Position numbers and translations under genes: made by a program. Shown here piece by piece: positions 56,801 through 64,000 of a stretch of 64,000 nucleotides of DNA. The stretch is from an uncultured Gammaproteobacteria bacterium (GTDB taxonomy: Bacteria > Patescibacteriota > Microgenomatia > UBA10105 > UBA927). Positions within the stretch are counted from its first letter, which is position 1. Each line of letters starts with the position of its first letter. The stretch lies in contig CAYIBX010000003.1 of assembly GCA_964361785.1 (NCBI GenBank), forward strand, positions 4,769 through 68,768, written 5' to 3'. The notes beneath the pieces are model-generated. The model was not told where the DNA came from, made no database searches, and saw only the letters and a list, made by a program, of their open reading frames with translations.

Positions 56801-57945
56801 AACCAGTTATATCAGTTATTGGTGTTGCTACGACACAATTTGGAGAATTGTGGGGCGTGTCACCGCGTCGATTGGCACAAGACGCAGTTACGAGAGCGCT
56901 TCACGACGCGAATATACAACATTCTGCTGTGCAAGCGCTGTTTGTGGGAAACATGCTTTCAGGGATGCTTGGCGGTCAAGAACACTTAGGCGCTTTTTTT
57001 GCGGATGAACTTCATATGTTAGTTCCTGCGTTTAAAATTGAAGGCGCGTGTGCATCAGGGGGACTTTCAGTGCATGCAGCGGTCAACGCATTAATGTCTG
57101 GCCAGTATGAGACAGTATTAGTATTGGGAGTAGAGAAGATGACGGATCATAAACCAGAAGACGTGGCGACTGCCCTTATGGGAGCTGGATCAGACGAAGA
57201 GCGCACGGCGGGAATGACATTTCCAGGATTATATGCGTTGCTTTCGAGCATGCATATGGAAGAATACGGTACGACGTTAGAGCAGTTAGCATCTGTAGCG
57301 GTGAAAAATCATTATCACGCAACTCTCAATCCTAATGCACAGTTTCATAATACGATTACCGTCGAACAGGTGTTAAAAAGCACGTGTATAGCAGATCCGT
57401 TGCGACTTTTGGATTGTTCACCAATTTCTGATGGGGCTTCGGCTGTGATTCTTACGACAGTTCCTAATAACGCCGTTAGAATACTTGCGTCAACCGTTGG
57501 CACAGATTCATTAGGTCTTGCGCGGAGGAAGAGCCTTACCAGCTTGCAGGCGACAAAAGATGCCGCTAATCGCGCGTACACGCTTGCAAAAGTCAAACCG
57601 TCTGACGTCGATGTAGCAGAAGTGCATGATTGCTTTACGATTGCAGAAATATTAGCGATGGAAGATTTGGGATTTTTTGCCAAAGGAAAGGCGGCCGCGG
57701 CAATTGAAAGAGGAGAGACGAGACTTGGGACATCAAAACATTTAGTGGTCAATCCGTCAGGAGGGCTCAAAGGTTGTGGTCATCCGGTGGGGGCAACGGG
57801 TGTCAAACAGATTGTAGAGCTGGTTGAGCAGTTGCGCGGTGTAGCTGGCGCGCGTCAAGTGAAAAATGCAAAAATTGGATTAGCACAAAATGTAGGAGGA
57901 AGCGGTGCAACGGCTGTTGTACACATATTATGCAATCACCAGTGA
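56797..57945 (+). CDS. acetyl-CoA acetyltransferase (thiolase, archaeal-type)
   Basis: Active-site cysteine motif 'GACASGGLSVHAAVNALMSG' and a C-terminal 'GHPVGATG'. Confidence 0.8.
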   Translation: MKPVISVIGVATTQFGELWGVSPRRLAQDAVTRALHDANIQHSAVQALFVGNMLSGMLGGQEHLGAFFADELHMLVPAFKIEGACASGGLSVHAAVNALMSGQYETVLVLGVEKMTDHKPEDVATALMGAGSDEERTAGMTFPGLYALLSSMHMEEYGTTLEQLASVAVKNHYHATLNPNAQFHNTITVEQVLKSTCIADPLRLLDCSPISDGASAVILTTVPNNAVRILASTVGTDSLGLARRKSLTSLQATKDAANRAYTLAKVKPSDVDVAEVHDCFTIAEILAMEDLGFFAKGKAAAAIERGETRLGTSKHLVVNPSGGLKGCGHPVGATGVKQIVELVEQLRGVAGARQVKNAKIGLAQNVGGSGATAVVHILCNHQ

Positions 57946-58238
57946 AATTATGGAGAAATCAAAAGTCGACCACGAACTTGGTGGGGCTTTTGGGCACAGT
58001 GGAAACATGGACCATTGTTCGCGTACCACCTGCAGGATTTTCTGATCAAGCACCGTATGCAGTTGTTTTGGTTCGGTTAAAGTCCGGCCAATCTATAGAA
58101 GCGCAGTTGGTGGATTCGTATAAAGACGGTCAAATTGATGTGTATAAAGACATGAACGTACGAACTGTTATTCGCCGCATCACACATCCAGATAGTGATG
58201 GTGTGATATCATATGGAATTAAGGTGAAACCCATATGA
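57930..58238 (+). CDS. DUF35 OB-fold scaffold protein of the thiolase/HMGCS complex
   Basis: 102-aa OB-fold-like ORF that overlaps the thiolase stop, in the conserved archaeal gene order. Confidence 0.6.
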   Translation: MQSPVKLWRNQKSTTNLVGLLGTVETWTIVRVPPAGFSDQAPYAVVLVRLKSGQSIEAQLVDSYKDGQIDVYKDMNVRTVIRRITHPDSDGVISYGIKVKPI

Positions 58239-59194
58239 AAAAAGTTGTTGTAACAGTTCCAGGAAAAGTACACCTTATGGGAGAGCATGCGGTTGTGTAT
58301 GGTAAGCCTGCGCTTCTTGCGGCAATAAATCTTCGACTGTCGGTAACCATTGAAGAACAACTCAAAAAATCTTCAACACCAGAAAAAATAATCATTATGT
58401 CTACCGAACCCACAGAACACGCGCGCTACGCAGTAGATTTTTTACTCGATCAGTTTAAGGTGAAAGATCCTACAGCATTTAAAATCATCATTGATTCGCA
58501 GATTCCTGCTGGGTTTCATCTAGGCTCATCTGCTGCGGTAGCCGTAGGATTATCGGGCGCGATGATGTATTTTTTCAAAAAATTATGGAATCCTATACGG
58601 ATAAACGAACTCGCGTATGAAATCGAAAAAAAACAACATGGAAATCCATCAGGTGGAGATAACACAACCGTTACTGTTGGAGGATTTGTATGGTTTAGAA
58701 AAGAATTGGAATTTTTAAAAAGTATTTGGCAGCTTCCATTTAAGCCACATGAATCTCTCAATCATTTTTTTCTTATTAACACCGGTCGACCCAAAGAAAC
58801 CACAGGCGAAATGGTTGCAATGGTCAAAGAACACATACAAAAAGAACCAGAGCAAATGCAAAAATTATTGAATCTCAATGAGATTCAGGTGAAGCGTGTC
58901 ACTGTCGCACTGAAAGAAGGCAACGAGGCAGAGTTATTGGATGCGATGAAAGTTGGCGAGCGGACGCTTGAGGGGATGGGAGTGGTTAGTCAAAAAGCTA
59001 TTCCTCTCATTCGAAAAATAGAAGAAGCAGGGGGTGCAGCGAAAATTCTTGGAGGAGGGGGAAAAGAAGAAGGAGTAGGGTTTTTGCTCTGTTATCATCG
59101 CAATCCCACTCAAGTAGAGGAAATTTGTAAATCGTATGGATTTACTATACAGGAGATTGGACTCGGGGAAGAAGGAGTGAGACTAGAAAAATAG
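58235..59194 (+). CDS. mvk: mevalonate kinase (GHMP family)
   Basis: 'VPGKVHLMGEHAVVYG' and 'PAGFHLGSSAAVAV' are GHMP motifs 1 and 2. Confidence 0.8.
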   Translation: MKKVVVTVPGKVHLMGEHAVVYGKPALLAAINLRLSVTIEEQLKKSSTPEKIIIMSTEPTEHARYAVDFLLDQFKVKDPTAFKIIIDSQIPAGFHLGSSAAVAVGLSGAMMYFFKKLWNPIRINELAYEIEKKQHGNPSGGDNTTVTVGGFVWFRKELEFLKSIWQLPFKPHESLNHFFLINTGRPKETTGEMVAMVKEHIQKEPEQMQKLLNLNEIQVKRVTVALKEGNEAELLDAMKVGERTLEGMGVVSQKAIPLIRKIEEAGGAAKILGGGGKEEGVGFLLCYHRNPTQVEEICKSYGFTIQEIGLGEEGVRLEK

Positions 59195-59197
59195 TTA

Positions 59198-59500
59198 TTG
59201 AAAGGAGATATACCAAATATGTCTAATATGGTAGATAGACCTACAGAAGAAGTACTTGCAGATTTGCAAAAATATGCCCAGGAGAATGAATGGTTTGCTA
59301 GTGGATTGAAGAAACATGGAAATGAATTGACCCAGGAATGGCTAACTCGTCGAGCTGAACAATACGCATTTAAGGGGCATCGCGTATTGAGAAAGCTTGT
59401 TCCGTCTGTAGCCAATCACTGGAGAACAGCGCACGAGCGGACAATTTTAAATGCACTCTGTGTTGTAACAGGCGTTTCAGACAAATCAGCAAAGTCATAA
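59198..59500 (+). CDS. hypothetical small protein embedded in the mevalonate operon
   Basis: 100-aa ORF with a GGAG ribosome-binding site. No homolog was recognised. Confidence 0.4.
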   Translation: MKGDIPNMSNMVDRPTEEVLADLQKYAQENEWFASGLKKHGNELTQEWLTRRAEQYAFKGHRVLRKLVPSVANHWRTAHERTILNALCVVTGVSDKSAKS

Positions 59501-59509
59501 GTTTCCTCC

Positions 59510-60481
59510 ATGAAAAAAATAACTGTGTCTGCTCCCGGCAAGCTCATGTTGTTTGGCGAGCATGCGGTAGTCTATAACCGGTCGTGTTTGGTAACTGCTG
59601 TTGATCAGCGGATGAAGGCAACGGTAGAAATTACCGATGACAACATGTTCTGCCTTGATGCTCCGGAAGTAGACATTGCGGGATACCAAAAGCCGATGGA
59701 CTGTTTGGGAACAGGCGAGATTCCTAGTGGTGCAAAATTCGTTGAATTTGCAGTTAAAAATTTTATTGAGAAATACCCATTGACGTACGGGGTCAAGGTG
59801 ACCACAGCATCAGATTTTTCATCGCAGTTTGGATTCGGATCGTCTTCTGCTTCTACTGTTTGTGTGTTGAAGGCATTATCGGAATTATCAGGAAAAAAAT
59901 TGGATAATAAAAAACTATTTGATCTTTCGTATAAAACAGTTTTAGATATTCAAGGTAAAGGATCGGGGTTTGATGTGGCAGCAGCTATTTATGGTGGGAC
60001 TCTGTATTTTGTGACAGGCGGAAAAGTTATAGAGCCATTAACAATAAACGAAATATCCTTGGTCATTGGGTATACGGGCATAAAAGCGGATACGGTAACG
60101 ATAATGGCCTCAGTTTTTGAAAAGATGAAGGCACAACCAGAACGAGTGGAGAGAATCTATGACGCGATAGAAAAACTTACTGAAGATGCAAAGATAAAAA
60201 TGCTCGAAGGAGACTGGGAACGTGTTGGAAAGTTTATGGATTTTAATCAGGAATATTTGCGCGATCTTGGAGTAAGTAGTGAAAAGTTAGAGGCGCTTAT
60301 TGTCGCAGCCAAACAAGCGGGTGCATTGGGCGCAAAACTTTCGGGCGCTGGGGGAGGCGACTGTATGATTGCGCTTGTAACCAATGACACAAAAAAAGCT
60401 GTTGAAGATGCGATAGAAAAGGTAGGTGGGCAAGTGCTGCCTCTTTCTATTAATGCTGCTGGTGTAAGGAGTGAGGTATGA
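59510..60481 (+). CDS. second GHMP kinase, putative phosphomevalonate kinase (or MVK-like paralog)
   Basis: 'APGKLMLFGEHAVVY', 'GFGSSSASTVCV' and 'SGAGGGDCMIAL'. Confidence 0.65.
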   Translation: MKKITVSAPGKLMLFGEHAVVYNRSCLVTAVDQRMKATVEITDDNMFCLDAPEVDIAGYQKPMDCLGTGEIPSGAKFVEFAVKNFIEKYPLTYGVKVTTASDFSSQFGFGSSSASTVCVLKALSELSGKKLDNKKLFDLSYKTVLDIQGKGSGFDVAAAIYGGTLYFVTGGKVIEPLTINEISLVIGYTGIKADTVTIMASVFEKMKAQPERVERIYDAIEKLTEDAKIKMLEGDWERVGKFMDFNQEYLRDLGVSSEKLEALIVAAKQAGALGAKLSGAGGGDCMIALVTNDTKKAVEDAIEKVGGQVLPLSINAAGVRSEV

Positions 60482-61422
60482 AAGCGACGGCAGTAGCACC
60501 GGCAAACATTGCATTTATCAAATACTGGGGGAAAAAGGATGCGAGCCGTCAAATTCCACGCAATTCATCTATTTCTATGAATCTGTCGGCGTGTACAACG
60601 ACAACAACTGTAGAATTCTCAAAAGATTTTTCTACAGACACGATTTCAGAAGGATTTGATGCACAACGGATTATTAAACATATTGATCGATTACGGAGTC
60701 TTGTTGGGATAAATGAACGAGTTTGTGTCGCAACATCAAATAATTTTCCAGCTTCTTCTGGGATTGCCTCATCTGCTTCAGGGTTTGCGGCTTTAACAAT
60801 TGCTGCTACTGCGGCACTTCATTTAAATCTCTCAGAGAAAGAATTATCAGCGCTAGCCCGATTAGGAAGCGGATCGGCATGCAGGAGTATTCCTGATGGA
60901 TTTGTGAAATGGGACGGAGAATTTGCACATTCGCTGTATCCAGCTGATTATTGGGATCTTTGTGATATTGTGGCAATCGTTGAGAAAGCGAAGAAAAAAG
61001 TTTCGTCATCAAAAGGCCACGAAGCAGTAGAAACGAGCCCATTTTTCAAACAACGTCTGGATGCAATACCAAAAAGAATTCACAAGATCGAGTTGGCATT
61101 TCAAAAGAAAAATTTTCAATCGTTAGGCGAGATTATAGAAGAAGATTGCTTGGATATGCATCACGTGATGCAAACACAAACGCCTCCACTTATGTATTGG
61201 AACGATGCGACGAAACGTATTATGGAAGCAGTGAGAGATTGGAGAAAAAATGGCTTGTCGGTTTATTTTACGATTGACGCCGGACCAAATGTTCATTTGA
61301 TTTGTGAAGGAAAAGATGAGGCACGCGTTATTGAATCTTTAAAAAATATCAGTGGGGTAGAAGAAATTATTCTCAATAAACCGAGTAAGGGAGCACAGAT
61401 AGTTTCTACGCACCTATTTTAG
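60478..61422 (+). CDS. mvaD: diphospho-/phospho-mevalonate decarboxylase family enzyme
   Basis: 'PANIAFIKYWGKKD' is the MVD signature. The 314-aa length is short for the family. Confidence 0.75.
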   Translation: MKATAVAPANIAFIKYWGKKDASRQIPRNSSISMNLSACTTTTTVEFSKDFSTDTISEGFDAQRIIKHIDRLRSLVGINERVCVATSNNFPASSGIASSASGFAALTIAATAALHLNLSEKELSALARLGSGSACRSIPDGFVKWDGEFAHSLYPADYWDLCDIVAIVEKAKKKVSSSKGHEAVETSPFFKQRLDAIPKRIHKIELAFQKKNFQSLGEIIEEDCLDMHHVMQTQTPPLMYWNDATKRIMEAVRDWRKNGLSVYFTIDAGPNVHLICEGKDEARVIESLKNISGVEEIILNKPSKGAQIVSTHLF

Positions 61423-61432
61423 ATTATATGAA

Positions 61433-61470
61433 TATATTAGCATGCTAACATGTTAGCATGCTAATATTCT
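61433..61470. repeat. ~36-bp perfect palindrome containing two copies of the self-complementary 12-mer TTAGCATGCTAA
   Basis: 'ATATTAGCATGCTAACATGTTAGCATGCTAATAT' is centred at 61450/61451. It is flanked by a direct repeat TATATGAATA and lies between mvaD and uppS. Confidence 0.8.
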
Positions 61471-61476
61471 CTATTC

Positions 61477-62169
61477 TTGTATATGAATACAAAAAAAATA
61501 ATACCAAAACATATAGCAATCATTATGGATGGCAACCGTCGGTGGGCAAAGGAGCGCGGCCTCCCTGTTTTGGCTGGGCACAAAAAAGTGGCTGATGATA
61601 TCCTCATTCCTCTTGTGGAACACGCAGCGGACAGGGGTATTTCCTACATGACCTTTTGGGCATTTTCTACTGAGAATTGGCAAAGAGACATAGAAGAAGT
61701 GAGTGGCATCATGGAGATATTTCGCCATGTCATAAAAAAGCGTTGGCAAAGGCTCCATGAAAAGGGTGTGCGGATAAAGGTTATTGGCGACCTCTCCAAA
61801 TTTTCTGATGATATTAGAGAGTCGATGATTGCCGTGCAAGAACAGACAAAAAATAATAAAAAAATTACTGCTATGTTTGCTCTCAATTATGGAGGACGAG
61901 ATGAGATACTTCGTGCAGTAAATAAAGCTATCAGACAAAAAAAGAAAGAAGCTGATGACTTTTCGCAGTTTTTAGATACAAAAGGAATCCCGGATCCTGA
62001 CATTATTGTCCGTACGGGCGGAGAGCAGCGGCTAAGTGGGTTTTTGCCGTGGCAAGGAGTGTATAGCGAGCTTTATTTTCCGTTGTGGTACATGCCAGAA
62101 TTTACGAGTGAGAAATTAGATGATGTGATCAAAGAGTATGCAAATAGGCAGCGACGGTTTGGAAAATAA
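61477..62169 (+). CDS. uppS: undecaprenyl diphosphate synthase (isoprenyl transferase)
   Basis: 'IAIIMDGNRRWA' and 'RTGGEQRLSGFLPWQ'. Confidence 0.85.
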   Translation: MYMNTKKIIPKHIAIIMDGNRRWAKERGLPVLAGHKKVADDILIPLVEHAADRGISYMTFWAFSTENWQRDIEEVSGIMEIFRHVIKKRWQRLHEKGVRIKVIGDLSKFSDDIRESMIAVQEQTKNNKKITAMFALNYGGRDEILRAVNKAIRQKKKEADDFSQFLDTKGIPDPDIIVRTGGEQRLSGFLPWQGVYSELYFPLWYMPEFTSEKLDDVIKEYANRQRRFGK

Positions 62170-62170
62170 A

Positions 62171-62503
62171 TTAGAGAAATGATTGTTCAATAGAATTCCA
62201 ACCAAAAATTATTCCCAAAAGCTGTACCATCCAATAGGCGGCAAAAATGAGGAAAAATCCAATTAAGGCATTCATTAAACGACCCTTTCCTGCCTCAAGT
62301 TGTTTTGGGTTACCAGCGGAGGTGAGCATAGTAAATCCGGAAGAGACAATCATCAAGAGTAATCCAAATCCCGCAAACGCGAATATATACGGAATTGCTG
62401 CTTGGACTATCTGACCAATTTTAGCATCAGCAAATGCAAATCCTGCGGGTCCTTCTACGGTATAGGATCCTATGTTTACTGATTGTGCAACTACCTTTTC
62501 CAT
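62171..62503 (-). CDS. VirB2/TrbC-like pilin paralog 7
   Basis: 'VSSGFTMLTSAGNPKQLEAGKGRLMNALIGFFLI'. Confidence 0.55.
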   Translation of the reverse strand: MEKVVAQSVNIGSYTVEGPAGFAFADAKIGQIVQAAIPYIFAFAGFGLLLMIVSSGFTMLTSAGNPKQLEAGKGRLMNALIGFFLIFAAYWMVQLLGIIFGWNSIEQSFL

Positions 62504-62508
62504 ACGCG

Positions 62509-62997
62509 TTATCCAAATTCGGGTATTCCCAGTATATCTACACCAATAATTTTTAGGATAAAAATAGAAAATATGATAAGAAGAAGGCCCGAGATGGCGC
62601 CACCCAACAATTCTTTGGCTGCGTGAAGCTTTTCAGGATTGCCAGTCGACGTCATCGTCTGAAAGCCCGAGACGAGAATAATGAGAAACGCAAGGCCTCC
62701 ACCGATACTAATGCCAAGCTTTAAAAAATTGGAGATAAAGTCGCTCGGATTGCCCCCTTTTCCAACGCACCCAAACGCTGTCCATGCGCCTCCACCGTCA
62801 AAACACGTCTTGCATAGGCTTTGATTTCCATCTTTCAGAAAGCTGCAAGCTCCTGTGCCTGTTGAGGGGATTGTACCGCTTCCTGCTTTTGCGCCTGAAA
62901 GCCCTTGGGCGTACAGAGGTCGTGTAAACGTGCCTATAAGTGGCAATATGGCCACAAAGAGGAATATAGCAAGTCCCAACGGCATAAATCGTTTCAT
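62509..62997 (-). CDS. VirB2/TrbC-like pilin paralog 8 with an N-terminal Cys/Gly-rich extension
   Basis: A signal peptide is followed by 'GTGACSFLKDGNQSLCKTCFDGGGAWTAFGC' and the pilin core 'LVSGFQTMTSTGNPEKLHAAKELLGGAISGLLLI'. Confidence 0.5.
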   Translation of the reverse strand: MKRFMPLGLAIFLFVAILPLIGTFTRPLYAQGLSGAKAGSGTIPSTGTGACSFLKDGNQSLCKTCFDGGGAWTAFGCVGKGGNPSDFISNFLKLGISIGGGLAFLIILVSGFQTMTSTGNPEKLHAAKELLGGAISGLLLIIFSIFILKIIGVDILGIPEFG

Positions 62998-63060
62998 CTT
63001 TATAAGTGTAGCAAAAAAAGTGGGTGAAAGGAAGATTTGTTTGTTACAATAGAGCTACTA

Positions 63061-64000
63061 TGGCGTCATTTTTCCGATGTGTTGTTGTTTTCGTTCTATT
63101 CGTTTGTAGCTTACTCTTTCTCCCGCAGGTGTTTGCTGAGGAGTGTGACACTTCCCGTTTGTCTTCGATGAATGAGGGTGACGTCGTTTCCATGATGCAG
63201 AAGTGTCAGTCGGCTTGGAATCAAATGGAGGCTGCCAAAAAGCCACATGTGGATGCCCTCAAAAAAATGGAAGCAGACATAAAGCTTTTCCAATTGAAAA
63301 TAAAGAGTATAGAAGCTGATGTGATAAAAAAGACTGCAGCAATCGTAGATGGTGAAAAAGAGCTTTCGGGATTTATGACGCTTGCCGTCAGGCGTATCGC
63401 CACCTTATATCGGAGGACGGTATCGTACAATCCTCTGCTACCGTTTCTTACAGGCGCCAACGTTGGGTCTGTACTTCGGGCATTTACCTATCAACACAAA
63501 GTGATCAACGAGGATAAAAAGGCTATCGCCCAAACGGCAGTTTCCATACAAGGTCTTCAGACTAAAAAGATCCAACTTGAAAGTCAAAAAACGAGCCTTG
63601 CATTTTTAAAAGAAGAAACAGATAAACGTGCGATTTCTGTTCGTAAATTGGTGGGTGATGCGGAAGCGTATCAGAGCAAATTAACCTCTGCCATTGGTGC
63701 ACTCTCAGCCAGACAACAGTCCTTTTTGGCGCAAAAACTTTCGGGTCTTAACCTTCCTACGAGTTTGGGAGCAGGACCACTTTTTTGTACAGATGATAGA
63801 AAGCTTGATCCTAGATTTAGTCCAGCTTTCGCATTTTTTACCTTTGGCATACCGCATCGTGTGGGTATGAATCAGTATGGGGCGCTGGGGCGAGCACAAA
63901 AAGGAGATTCTGCGGAACAAATTCTTTCTGCATATTTTCAAAACTTTGTGTTTCAAAATGGCAAAGAGAATGAAAACGTCGTGGTAAACGGAACGAATGA
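63061..64000 (+). CDS. secreted SpoIID/LytB-domain protein (3'-truncated by the window edge)
   Basis: Open frame from the ATG at 63061 to the window end. It has a signal peptide and a coiled coil, and the C-terminal 'PHRVGMNQYGALGRAQKGDSAEQILSAYF' matches the SpoIID/LytB motif. Confidence 0.6.

Noticed and set aside
1-64000. CRISPR arrays or cas genes
   Set aside because: No regularly spaced direct repeats and no Cas-like ORFs were found in the window.

Overview
This window looks like a stretch of a small, AT-leaning (about 40% GC) bacterial chromosome of the Patescibacteria/CPR type, probably Saccharibacteria-like, that spans the replication origin (yidC-yidD-rnpA-rpmH | dnaA-oriC-dnaN). 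Genes are tightly packed and the standard genetic code appears to be in use.

The main content, in order along the window:
- **Trp-decoding cluster (208-5114).** A bacterial-type TrpRS fused to two N-terminal YbaK-like deacylase domains and a C-terminal tRNA-binding domain. Next to it are an archaeal/eukaryotic-type TrpRS, a degenerate TyrRS/TrpRS-like paralog that lacks the HIGH motif, and tRNA-Trp(CCA).
- **Competence and toxin-antitoxin genes (6186-12264).** comM and dprA, with VapBC, an AbiEii pair and an AbrB/Doc pair, plus an interrupted RelB/RelE pair further along at 44485-45032.
- **Intron-containing initiator tRNA (12628-12909).** An initiator-like tRNA-Met(CAU) with a C1·A72 mismatch, split by a 212-nt group I intron whose R and S elements are recognisable. 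A separate elongator tRNA-Met lies at 13700-13771.
- **Housekeeping genes (14191-35652).** xerD-like, valS, efp-GNAT-epmA, rplY, rnhA, an O-antigen flippase and ligase, khpB, murD, dnaA and dnaN.
- **Gram-positive-style type IV secretion or conjugation-like locus (36212-53133).** A PrgI-like protein, VirB4, a VirD4-like ATPase, a VirB6-like protein and an HExxH protein. These sit with a 1201-aa orphan protein and a tandem array of six divergent VirB2/TrbC-like pilin paralogs, two more of which lie at 62.2-63.0 kb. The array is divergently transcribed from an ECF sigma factor and a small membrane protein.
- **Archaeal-type mevalonate operon (54616-61422).** Class I HMGR, HMGCS, thiolase, a DUF35 protein, two GHMP kinases and a decarboxylase, followed by uppS.
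- **Partial SpoIID/LytB-like gene** running off the end of the window.
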